Notes: generated from the sequence alone by a model not told the origin. A stretch of 64,000 nucleotides of DNA from Gammaproteobacteria bacterium (GCA_047611805.1 JBLFWX010000017.1:3703-67702), one strand, 5' to 3'. Shown: positions 27,615 to 35,868, counted from the first letter of the stretch. Numbers and translations are program-made.

Positions 27615-27944
27615 TTGTCGTATCTTTATTTGGCCGGCGCCATCATTGCAGAGGTCATCGCAACCAGTGCGTTGAAGTCCTCAGCTGAGTTCACAAAACT
27701 TGGCCCCAGCATCGTTGTATTAATAGGATACGTTTCTGCGTTCTATCTTTTGACGCTGGTCCTTCGCACGATCCCATTGGGCGTCGCGTATGCACTATGG
27801 TCGGGCTTCGGGATCGTCCTGGTCACAATCGCCGGTGCGGCAATATATAAGCAGACACCTGACGCGGCGGCTATCGTCGGAATGGCGTTAATTATTGCGG
27901 GTGCGGCAGTGATACACCTGTTCTCGCGAACCGTCGCGAACTAA
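27615..27944 (+). CDS. SMR-family small multidrug efflux protein (EmrE/QacE-like)
   Basis: 109 aa with 4 TM helices and the conserved Glu in TM1 (AIIAEVIATSALK). A strong SD TAGGAGGA lies 8 nt before the TTG start. Confidence 0.85.
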   Translation: MSYLYLAGAIIAEVIATSALKSSAEFTKLGPSIVVLIGYVSAFYLLTLVLRTIPLGVAYALWSGFGIVLVTIAGAAIYKQTPDAAAIVGMALIIAGAAVIHLFSRTVAN

Positions 27945-27970
27945 GACGCGAGATAATGGATGAATAAGAA

Positions 27971-28058
27971 ATGTAACCGGTTGTTCGGCCTCACCGATGA
28001 TAGTGTCCTCGCGGCGCTACCGCGACGGGGTCAACGGGAGGTTAAAGATGCGTTAGGT
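27971..28058 (+). repeat. attC site 8
   Basis: R'' ATGTAAC at 27971-27977 and R' GTTAGGT at 28052-28058. Confidence 0.8.
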
Positions 28059-28112
28059 TCGCGGTCCTTTGTTGAATTAACGGATAGAACATAGAAAAGC
28101 GATTAACATTAA

Positions 28113-28956
28113 AAAAGCGGTTACGTCGTTTGGACCGATACGGTAGGTCACGGGACTGGGCTGCCACTTCTATTGCTTCATGGTGGGCCGGGAGCGGGGC
28201 ATGACTATCTGGAGCCACTCAAGGCGCTTGCTGATGAACGCTCGGTCATATTCTATGATCAGTTAGGGTGCGGGAAATCCGACATTCCTGATAACAAAGC
28301 GCTTTGGACAATTGAACGCTTCGCTGACGAAGTTGATGAAGTGCGCGAATTGCTCAAGCTCGAACGTTGCCACATCTTGGGGCAATCTTGGGGCGGCTGG
28401 TTAGGTTTAGAATATATGTTGCGGAAACCGACAGGTTTAGCGAGTTTTGTACTCGCATCAACGTCTGCGTCAATTCCTCAGTTTTCGAAGGAGTGCGAAC
28501 GTCTTATAGCAGACCTACCGCAAGCGCACCAAACAGCACTACGCCATTATGGCGATCTGGGTGAATTCGACCATCCGGATTATTCTGTCGCCGAAGAGGT
28601 TTTTGATCGACGTCATCTGTGTCGTTTGGATGATTGGCCAGATTGCATGATGCGCTCTATTGAAAACCTACACCACACTCCGGTCTATGAAGCTATAAAT
28701 GGTCCGAACGAGTTCACGACGATAGGTAATCTTCGATATTAGGATCGCACTGAGGACTTACCCGAAATAAGCTTTCCCGCCTTAATTACTTGTGGCCAGT
28801 TCGACGAGCTCGGACCGCAATGTGCTCGAACCCGTCTTGCCGGGATCCCAAACTCAGTTATGGAGGTATTTGAACACTCGGCACATGTTCCGCACATCGA
28901 ACAGATGTGCCAAGTACGTTGAATGCGTACGAAGGTTTTTGCACCTTCATGACTAA
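28113..28956 (+). pseudogene. proline-iminopeptidase-like alpha/beta hydrolase cassette gene with nonsense and frameshift lesions
   Basis: HGGPG oxyanion motif and GQSWGG nucleophile elbow. An in-frame TAG at 28740-28742 sits where a conserved Trp is expected (GNLRY*DRTEDL). A frame change at about 28905-28912 precedes ...KYVECVRRFLHLHD*. No start codon upstream of the TTG at 28173. Confidence 0.75.
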
Positions 28957-29093
28957 CGAACGGTATCGCCGCTTGTGTCGCACCTATGAAAGCGCCCCTA
29001 ACTAGGCAACGGGATGCAACGTTTGATGGCGCATTTTCCTTCGGTCCCGCTTGGGTCAGCCGTCGTCAAGCACGGTTTATCGCGTCGTTAGGT
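28951..29093 (+). repeat. attC site 9 (long form)
   Basis: R'' GACTAAC at 28951-28957 contains the corrected-frame stop. R' GTTAGGT at 29087-29093. CTAACGA and TCGTTAG are complementary. An alternative R'' is CCCTAAC at 28996. Confidence 0.55.
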
Positions 29094-29146
29094 GCTCCCG
29101 AGTACATCATGCGAGTATTGATAAAATTAGAGCGAAACTCGACCTT

Positions 29147-29272
29147 ATGGGGAATCACCAGCCGACGCAGAAATGCGACCGTTGCAGGTTGCTACATCTG
29201 ACGGACTTGGAGAACTGTCCGCATTGCGGTGACTTAAATAGCTGTTCCGAATTGTCGATCACTTCGCGCTAA
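29147..29272 (+). CDS. small Cys4 zinc-ribbon cassette protein (41 aa)
   Basis: MGNHQPTQKCDRCRLLHLTDLENCPHCGDLNS.... The TAA stop lies in an R''-like CGCTAAC. Confidence 0.35.
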   Translation: MGNHQPTQKCDRCRLLHLTDLENCPHCGDLNSCSELSITSR

Positions 29273-29350
29273 CCACACGACTAATAAACAAACGGGACCT
29301 CTCGACTTTTGCGGCCGTATTGGCCTGGAATACGGGCCTTAGCGTTAGTA
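29267..29350 (+). repeat. attC site 10 (degenerate)
   Basis: R'' CGCTAAC at 29267-29273, the complementary TTAGCG, and GTTAGTA at 29344-29350. The internal pairing is weak. Confidence 0.4.
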
Positions 29351-29638
29351 AATGGATTGCCACTGTCGGTTGGCACTTGTAAAGAAGCGATATTTCCGCG
29401 CGCCTCATAATTTAGATCAGCTATGTTAGATGAAGAGGGATTTAAAAAATTCTTGAAAACAACCGACAATCAATACGAATCTAACAGCGAATTGAGGCTT
29501 CTATTTGCGGCTATCGCAAGGTTGATATTAACGAGCCCTATTGCTTTGTCGCAGATTAATTTTTCGTTGCCGTAGTCGAGACAGACCAAGCAACTAGATC
29601 CCCATGGGTAATGCAGCAGCCCTCTAATCAAAGCCTCA

Positions 29639-29762
29639 ACTTAACCGCTTGCAGGCGCGCTTTTCGCGCTAAGGTCACTATCTTTGTCTCAAAAAGCACG
29701 GCGTTGGGCCGCGGCGAATTAACCCTGAACTTGCACACGATAGCTGTAAACCGCAGTTAGCT
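29639..29762 (+). repeat. attC-like site 11 (degenerate)
   Basis: ACTTAAC at 29639-29645 and GTTAGCT at 29756-29762. The arm complementarity is poor. Confidence 0.3.
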
Positions 29763-29817
29763 AGCTGAAAAACCCCAGCAAACATGGACGCAAAAGAAAA
29801 GATCAGTAAACAGCTTC

Positions 29818-30117
29818 GTGTATGTTTGGGAAAGCGTAGGAAAATCTGCGCGAATACCCATTTCAACTAAAGGTTGTCCCTGCGAGCAAGATACTGTGAA
29901 AGAGTTCTTGAATCATCGCTTTAGATACTCGGTATTCTTCTGCAGCGTGCTTTTGCTTTATTTAGTTGCGAACGGTCTCGAAAAGCCGGCAGGTTCGAAT
30001 CCGCTGTTTATTGGGTTGTCGATTTTCTTTGTTTGCGCAATTATGGGAACCATTGCTGCTGGGTTCGAATGGGCGATTCGCCGACGAAAAGCTGGGAAGA
30101 AGTGTTTTCAATCGTGA
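29818..30117 (+). CDS. small two-TM cassette protein; start uncertain (GTG 29818 or GTG 29896)
   Basis: ...YSVFFCSVLLLYLVANGL...LFIGLSIFFVCAIMGTIAAGF.... No family recognised. Confidence 0.35.
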   Translation: MYVWESVGKSARIPISTKGCPCEQDTVKEFLNHRFRYSVFFCSVLLLYLVANGLEKPAGSNPLFIGLSIFFVCAIMGTIAAGFEWAIRRRKAGKKCFQS

Positions 30118-30247
30118 ATAAGAATATACAGCTGCCGCCTTGCAAGCCACCCGAGACGGACCCCCTACAGCGCGCTTTTCCAACGTTGCTGCGCAGCATC
30201 ACATTCCCAAAGCGGTCTACATCGGGCAGCTTAGCTTTGCATTAGGT
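30118..30247 (+). repeat. collapsed or degenerate attC of the second class
   Basis: CTACAGCGCGCTTTTCCAACGTTGC (30165-30189) joins the centre of an attC-5-like site directly to its right end (compare ...CTACAGCGCGCTTCTCC...ATCCCAACGTTAG). A further ATTAGGT lies at 30241. Confidence 0.3.
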
Positions 30248-30274
30248 GCTCAAACATTGATCGCAACGTACACA

Positions 30275-30679
30275 ATGAAACTTCGGCTCGCCGATCGAAT
30301 ACTTGTCCTCATTGTTTTTCCGATTTTTGTACTTTGCGGCGCGTTCATGTTCTATCGCTCCGCAGTGCAAGGCGATATAGGAGAGATGGGGTTTACGGTG
30401 ATTTGGTTGGCCTTCGTCGCTTGGACGTTTTGGGGAGTGTTCTCTGGACCGGTAGAGATTCAGGTGCTGACAGATTCACGGGTACGGTTCCGGTCTTGGT
30501 TTCGCGTCGAAAATGAAACGCTAATGAGTGAAATTCGAGAACTTGAGCTCATAGGAAATATTCTTTGGATCACTACGGTGACCCGCAAGTACACAACGTT
30601 GAGCGGTTTCAATGGGTTAAGTGAATTTATTCATGAGATCGCGGCGAGCAACGAAAAACTTGTCGTCAAAGGGATGTAG
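30275..30679 (+). CDS. membrane protein with two N-terminal TM helices and a PH-like C-terminal domain (cassette)
   Basis: MKLRLADRILVLIVFPIFVLCGAFMFY...GFTVIWLAFVAWTFWGVF is followed by a beta-rich ~70-aa domain. The bacterial-PH-like assignment is tentative. Confidence 0.45.
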   Translation: MKLRLADRILVLIVFPIFVLCGAFMFYRSAVQGDIGEMGFTVIWLAFVAWTFWGVFSGPVEIQVLTDSRVRFRSWFRVENETLMSEIRELELIGNILWITTVTRKYTTLSGFNGLSEFIHEIAASNEKLVVKGM

Positions 30680-30949
30680 AGCGAAGATGCACTTAGATCA
30701 ATAGGCGAAGTGCAACACCTGGAATGATATGACTCATAAAATTCCTTCGGAATTATAGTGTCGAGTATTTTTCTAGGACGTGCGCCGAGTATCCCAGCGA
30801 TAGCATCGCACTACCGCTGAGTTACCTTAGCCATCGATCTTCTCGCCAGAACGAACAATACTGCGTAATTTATCGGTTCGACAACGACAATGTCTGCGTG
30901 CAAGTCGTACGAGTATCCGCGCACCATTGCGTCACTGAGGTATCAAGTC

Positions 30950-31312
30950 ATGGGGTGGTTGTCAGATCTTTTGAAGGAATATCCCGCGCTATCGGTTGAG
31001 ACAGAGCGCCTCGCGTTGATGGAGGCGGAGAATAAAAAACAAAAAATGGAGGATGGTGCACTTCAAAATGAACGTCACGCGGAACAAAAACGACAACGAT
31101 TCAGGGAGTTCAAGGGCGTGCTTTGGACGGAGCACAACGGCAAAATCGATCCAACTGTCTATTGCCCGTATTGCGAGTTCGCAATGGCAGTTATTCTATC
31201 CGGAACTAGCGAAATGATAGTTTGCTCCAAATGTAATTTCATCGCTTCGTTTCAAGCAAAAGAAATTGAAAATTTGACTCGGTCACTTGAAACGGAACTG
31301 CGCTCGTTGTGA
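30950..31312 (+). CDS. coiled-coil plus Cys4 zinc-ribbon cassette protein of unknown function
   Basis: MGWLSDLLKEYP...charged helix...CPYCEFAM...CSKCNF. The ORF-track start is 30890. Confidence 0.45.
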   Translation: MGWLSDLLKEYPALSVETERLALMEAENKKQKMEDGALQNERHAEQKRQRFREFKGVLWTEHNGKIDPTVYCPYCEFAMAVILSGTSEMIVCSKCNFIASFQAKEIENLTRSLETELRSL

Positions 31313-31321
31313 ACGATCTGC

Positions 31322-31350
31322 AATCTAGCAAGCTTATCCCAACGTTAGGT
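31322..31350 (+). repeat. internally deleted attC (second class)
   Basis: GCAATCTAGCAAGCTTATCCCAACGTTAGGT joins the R''-like box of attC 5 (GCAATCTAAC) directly to its right end (TTATCCCAACGTTAG). Confidence 0.45.
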
Positions 31351-31352
31351 GG

Positions 31353-31508
31353 GTGAGGAAATCAGTTCGGAATATCAATCGAACAACGGGTGCCGGTGCG
31401 CTGGCGGACTTCATCGATGTCGCCGCATCGGATTTCGAGGATGTGTTGAGACGAGTTATCGATAAAAACCGAAAGCTATCTCGTCGGTTTAGTTGGTGCG
31501 CTACATAA
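31353..31508 (+). CDS. putative Phd-position antitoxin (51 aa)
   Basis: A GTG start right after the cassette boundary. Its 3' end overlaps a Doc-like reading frame by 13 nt. No motif support. Confidence 0.3.
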   Translation: MRKSVRNINRTTGAGALADFIDVAASDFEDVLRRVIDKNRKLSRRFSWCAT

Positions 31509-31618
31509 CGCTTGGTGAAGTTTTAGCGCTGCATACTCGAATGCTGGAGCAATCCGGCGGTGCTACGCAGGTTCAAGGGTTCGACGGAAAAGCATCCGCC
31601 GTATTGCAATCCCAATAG
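31496..31618 (+). pseudogene. doc: Doc (death-on-curing) toxin; N-terminal ~40 codons only
   Basis: (M)RYITLGEVLALHTRMLEQSGGATQ... resembles the Doc/Fic N-terminus (..LT.eevl.iH..l.e.sGG). The frame terminates long before the HxFx(D/N)GNKR motif. Confidence 0.45.
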
Positions 31619-31764
31619 GACGAGTTGCCGCGTACTGTCAGCTGTTGGCCCATGGCAGGGCATAACATACCCATGCACACCAAGAACATGGTTGCTAAGC
31701 GACCATCTTTGTGCCGATGCGGGGCATTAGCTTGCTAGTTAGAAATCAAATGTACCTGCTCAAT

Positions 31765-31781
31765 TCCTAACTGGGTTAGTG
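31765..31781 (+). repeat. minimal palindromic R''-tgg-R' site at the right end of the array
   Basis: TCCTAAC tgg GTTAGTG. Confidence 0.3.
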
Positions 31782-31868
31782 GGTGGCAAAGGGAGGCTAA
31801 TTACGTTGGCGGCGTCCGCGCATCTTTACTCGCGCTGTCGATTCGGTTTCCCGCGCTCCTGGCCAGAA

Positions 31869-33275
31869 CTAGGATCGGTTTGCCCAGGGATAGGGGCGAG
31901 TTCCGAGGCGCGATCGTAGAGTTGGGCCTTCGAACTCCGTACGGAAGCGGCCGCGCCGCTGAAGTTCTGCGAGAACCGGCGCGAACTCATCGATCGAACC
32001 AGGCATGTGCACAGTGGAGAACATAAATCCATCGCAACCCTCGCTATCCACGATCTGCTCCAACTGATCGGCGACCTGTTGGATGGTTCCTACAACTTTC
32101 GGAACGATCGATTGGGCATTTGCCACGCACAGATCGCGAACAGTAGGTTCTTCGACATGTGGGTACGCGTACAGATGTGGGGTCTGATTTGCCGCATCCG
32201 CCGAACTCGCCATCGTAAGTTCGAATATGGATTGGATACCGCCGAAATCCTTGGGATCCAAGTCGGAAAGTTTTGTGTCGAACGGAACCTGCGCGAAATT
32301 GAAACAGGCGTAGCCCGAGCACCACGCCAAGCCGGCCTCTGCCGTGGCCAACTCGATCAGCTGCTCATACTTTTCCTTGGCTGCGGCCTCTGAGCTGCCG
32401 ACAATTGGGAAGATTCCGCTTAGGATCGCAAGATCAGACTCCCGCCGACCCTCGTTGGCGACACGGTCCTTCACGTCGCGGTAGTAGGCCTGCATGGCCG
32501 GGAGATCCGGGCTGATGGTGAACACTCCTTCTGCGTGCCGGGCAGCGAATTGCCTTCCTCTGGGTGACTGACCCGCTTGGAAAAGTACTGGGATCTCCTG
32601 CGGCGAGCGGGGCAACTGAAGCGGACCACGGCACTGAAAGTATTCTCCTTGGAAGTTGATCTCGTGAACCTTGTCGGGATCGGCGAACAGCGGTTGATCG
32701 GGATCACGAACTAAGGCGTCCGTGTCCCAGCTCTGCCAGAGCGAATAACAGATCTGCATGAATTCTTCGGCCCGTTCGTATCTGGCGTCATGCTCGCGTA
32801 CCTCGGTCCCGAGGTTGTCGGCCAGCCCCCCCGGGTTAAGACCGGTCACGATGTTAAAGCCGACGCGTCCCTTCGTAAGGTGATCCATGGTCGATGCCAT
32901 TCGAGCAAACGTCCAAGGGTTCAATTCTTCAGTGTTGACCGTCGACACAGCGCCTAGCTCGGGCGCCATCGCTGCCACCATGGACACGAATTGCGGGGCA
33001 AAGAACTCAAGGGTCTGACTGCCGTAGCGCAGGGATGTGGCAGGACTGTTTTCGTTGCTGTTATATATGGCACCACCGTCGCCCACAAAGAATGCGTCGA
33101 CCTTCATCGACTCAAGAGTTTTCGCGACTCTAGCCCAGATTTCCGGCCCCAAGGGATCGTAGATGCCGCCAAGCATCTCCTGCGGGTGGCGCCACCCATC
33201 GGGGTAATGATGTACAAAGGGCGGGAACGTAAAGAGTGTAAAGTGCAACTGCTTCTTAGATTTCTTGGGCGCCAT
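31869..33275 (-). CDS. LLM-class flavin-dependent monooxygenase (NtaA/SnaA/DszA type)
   Basis: 468 aa. N-terminus KKQLHFTLFTFPPFVHHYPDGWRHPQ and a length typical of the family. Confidence 0.85.
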   Translation of the reverse strand: MAPKKSKKQLHFTLFTFPPFVHHYPDGWRHPQEMLGGIYDPLGPEIWARVAKTLESMKVDAFFVGDGGAIYNSNENSPATSLRYGSQTLEFFAPQFVSMVAAMAPELGAVSTVNTEELNPWTFARMASTMDHLTKGRVGFNIVTGLNPGGLADNLGTEVREHDARYERAEEFMQICYSLWQSWDTDALVRDPDQPLFADPDKVHEINFQGEYFQCRGPLQLPRSPQEIPVLFQAGQSPRGRQFAARHAEGVFTISPDLPAMQAYYRDVKDRVANEGRRESDLAILSGIFPIVGSSEAAAKEKYEQLIELATAEAGLAWCSGYACFNFAQVPFDTKLSDLDPKDFGGIQSIFELTMASSADAANQTPHLYAYPHVEEPTVRDLCVANAQSIVPKVVGTIQQVADQLEQIVDSEGCDGFMFSTVHMPGSIDEFAPVLAELQRRGRFRTEFEGPTLRSRLGTRPYPWANRS

Positions 33276-33790
33276 TAGTTTCTCCGGCTACTTCGGTTGC
33301 TTTAGCGCCGAGATCCCTTTTCACCGGGGCGCCGGCGGTCTGTCTGTCGCGCCGGTTGCTACGAGGCCGTTTAGGTTGAATCAGGCCGCGGGGGGCGATT
33401 CTGTCCCCTGCTAGGAACGCCCATTCTCTTTGTAGACGAACGGAATGTCACGTAGTAGTTCCAACGACATCCAACTATCACGGCGCTCCCAGGTAAGCCG
33501 CTCGAATTTGAGCGCCTCGAACTGCAGCCAGAGAACGGGCCGTATCGGACTAATTTGCGGTTTCCCCCGCCGGCGATCGGCAGTGGATTCGGATCAGTGA
33601 CGTTACTGTTATGGGGCTGGTTATTATCGGATCTGCTCTTTCAATAATGCTTCCTAAGCGCGATCACCACGGCGCGAGTTGAAACCGGACGATATCAAAA
33701 CCAAGGTTTCAACTGGCCACGTCGAATTCACGCCCTCGAGGATTAGCCCCGCGACCTAAACCTAGGAGACGGTTTGTTTTCGCGCTAAGC

Positions 33791-34249
33791 TTGGGCGCCA
33801 TCATAGACCGCGAGGTAGAAATTGTGGCGGAAGACTTAACTGGCGCCTGTCTGTGTGGGGCAGTGCGTTATCGTTGTCGAGGCGAACCAGACAGCATGGG
33901 CTTATGCCAATGTGACCGGTGCCAACGACAATCTGGTTCGGCATTTTTAATCGCTGTTGTATATCCACAAAGCGAGGTCTGTATTGAGCAAGGTGAACTC
34001 AGCGTGTACACCGTAAACGATCCGGATGGTGCCGCGCTGAGCCGACATTTCTGTGCGCTCTGCGGGTCCGCCGTGATGATAACGCTCGATCGCTACCCCG
34101 AGATCCGCTCGATGATGGGCGGTTCAGTTGACGATAAATCACGTCTCAAACCTACTTTCAGCCTCTGGTGTTCGAGCGGGCAAGCTTGGTTGGCGCTGCC
34201 GCCAAACATCGAGCAATTTCCAGATTACCCGGACGGTTTAATCGCTTAA
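33791..34249 (+). CDS. GFA (CENP-V/glutathione-dependent formaldehyde-activating) family protein
   Basis: CLCGAVRY...CQCDRCQRQSG...CALCGS zinc-binding Cys pattern. Confidence 0.8.
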   Translation: MGAIIDREVEIVAEDLTGACLCGAVRYRCRGEPDSMGLCQCDRCQRQSGSAFLIAVVYPQSEVCIEQGELSVYTVNDPDGAALSRHFCALCGSAVMITLDRYPEIRSMMGGSVDDKSRLKPTFSLWCSSGQAWLALPPNIEQFPDYPDGLIA

Positions 34250-34410
34250 CGCAATAGGGTAGAAATAGAATTTTACATATTTGAGCGCAGTTTTAGGATA
34301 TGGTTACACTTTGCAGGCGCAACATTTGTTGATCGCGGACGGTTCTTGTTCGCGTGCTTTTTTCGAACGCAGCCCTTGGACTGCCCGAGGTACCGACTGA
34401 GACTTACACA

Positions 34411-35046
34411 ATGGCCGCATTTTCTCGCGTCAACATCGCCAAAGCGTTGTCAATCATCGGACTAAAGAAGACGTATATCGCCTTGAAGAAGGCGGATTCG
34501 TTGACGATTAACCGGTTGACCACCAGCGGCAGCGATCTTGCCCTTGAAAAGATTGGAACCGTCGACGATGTGAATCCAAAAGTTATCGGTCGGGTCGGAA
34601 TGCCTGATCCCAAGCTTGGGATTCAATGGAAGAACAGCATGACGTTTTATGGCTCGTGGTTTGATGGTCTCGCCCTGAGCGATACCGATTACCGGATCCG
34701 CAACAATATTTTGTCGCTGTCAAAAGATAAGCTGCTCGATCAAGTTCAGCGAGATGATAAGTACGGGTTGATCGGAACTTACTACGCTGTGTTCCTTAAG
34801 ATGATCGACCTTAACAAAGGTGTACCAATTGTGCTGCTCGATGATAGTTTGCTATCACGCGGTAGTTTTCCGGTGATCGTGCCGAGAATTCCAGACAAAG
34901 AATTCGAGCGCGAACTCATCGATGGTTTGCGTATTTCGCTGCGCAAAGAAATCCTCGATGCATCGAGGATTGAAGCGACGGGCCTGAGCGTAGATGAAGT
35001 CAGCGGGGACGTAAGCGACTATTTTCCTGTTAGAAACTCTCAGTAA
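34411..35046 (+). CDS. hypothetical protein (211 aa); no recognisable family
   Basis: A long ORF in an AT-richer stretch. ATG at 34411; the ORF-track start is 34354. Confidence 0.45.
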   Translation: MAAFSRVNIAKALSIIGLKKTYIALKKADSLTINRLTTSGSDLALEKIGTVDDVNPKVIGRVGMPDPKLGIQWKNSMTFYGSWFDGLALSDTDYRIRNNILSLSKDKLLDQVQRDDKYGLIGTYYAVFLKMIDLNKGVPIVLLDDSLLSRGSFPVIVPRIPDKEFERELIDGLRISLRKEILDASRIEATGLSVDEVSGDVSDYFPVRNSQ

Positions 35047-35073
35047 GTCTTAATTTTGCCATTGAAGCGTCTG

Positions 35074-35868
35074 TCATGCGAAACCGTTGTCAGCCAAAAA
35101 TTCGATAATTCCCCGGCTCACACCATCCGGATCGAAATACGGTTCGAAATTCGTCCCCTTCACATCCACTACTTTCGCTTGCGCTAGCGCGGCGGCGGTA
35201 TTTTGATGGCCGATGTACAACACATCGTCAGGCGCACATATGAGTAGGGTCGGGCACTTAATGCCTTCGATGAATAGGTCGAAGCGATAGTCCCACACAC
35301 AGCGATATATCATCCCACGCACTTTCCATGCCCGCAGCGCCGCTGATAGTTCGTCGTTCATGTTGTCTAGATCGAGATTTCCACCGAGATTGTAAATGTA
35401 ATCCCAGGTAATCTTTAGGTACGCGGCGTCGTGTGACGGTCCGACCGAGCCACTAAACGACTCACGAAACGGGATCGCTTGTTCTTCGTTTAATAATGTC
35501 GCCCCCATCATCATGCAAGTCTTCACCCGATCCGGATACAACGATGCCATCTCGGCCGCCATCGCCGCGCCTGTATGACTACCGAAGGTGTGGAATTCTC
35601 GAAATCCGAGCGCGTCGATAAACTCCAGCGTGTACTCTTGCATGCGACTAATAGAATCAAATTCCGGGGGATCAAACGACCCGCCGAAGCCGGGCAGATC
35701 AAGCGCTATACAGTGATGTTTTTCGGCGAGTTGCGTTAATGTTGGCAGGTAGGTCTTAGCGCCACTTACATTTTGATGCATAAATATGATTGGCGTTTGA
35801 TCAGTCGGGCCACCATAGTAATAATGGATCTGCCCGCTCGGTGTATCAACATAAGCCTTCTTGATCAT
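35074..35868 (-). CDS. alpha/beta-fold hydrolase
   Basis: IIFMHQNVSGAKTY, nucleophile elbow FGSHTGAAM, and a C-terminal ...ICAPDDV.... The probable start is M56 of the ORF-track frame. Confidence 0.75.
   Translation of the reverse strand: MIKKAYVDTPSGQIHYYYGGPTDQTPIIFMHQNVSGAKTYLPTLTQLAEKHHCIALDLPGFGGSFDPPEFDSISRMQEYTLEFIDALGFREFHTFGSHTGAAMAAEMASLYPDRVKTCMMMGATLLNEEQAIPFRESFSGSVGPSHDAAYLKITWDYIYNLGGNLDLDNMNDELSAALRAWKVRGMIYRCVWDYRFDLFIEGIKCPTLLICAPDDVLYIGHQNTAAALAQAKVVDVKGTNFEPYFDPDGVSRGIIEFLADNGFA

Larger units (their letters stand above)
23470..31790 (+). mobile_element. integron gene-cassette array without an integrase in the window (CALIN-like), about 13-15 cassettes
   Basis: Recurrent 84-143-bp imperfect palindromes bounded by RYYYAAC...GTTRRRY. 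The first bases of each cassette are complementary to its own R'' box, for example TTAGGTGGC...GCCACCTAAC. All cassette ORFs run in one direction, and stop codons are often embedded in the R'' TAAC. Confidence 0.85.

Noticed and set aside
29985-30005. GGTTCGAATCC, a tRNA T-loop-like string.
   Set aside because: The flanking bases do not form a T-stem (GCAGG against CCGCT). No acceptor or anticodon arms can be drawn, and the string lies inside a cassette ORF.
23470-31790. The regularly recurring ~100-bp repeats could be mistaken for a CRISPR array.
   Set aside because: The repeats are 84-143-bp imperfect palindromes with variable sequence. They are spaced 280-900 bp apart, and the intervening segments carry ORFs. 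No cas genes are present. The structure fits attC sites, not CRISPR.
33420-33596. A minus-strand open frame of 59 codons (…RPVLWLQFEALKFERLTWERRDSWMSLELLRDIPFVYKENGRS) in the 515-bp gap upstream of the NtaA-like gene.
   Set aside because: The composition is protein-like, but there is no start codon and no family I can name. It may be a gene remnant, but the evidence is too weak to report as a feature.
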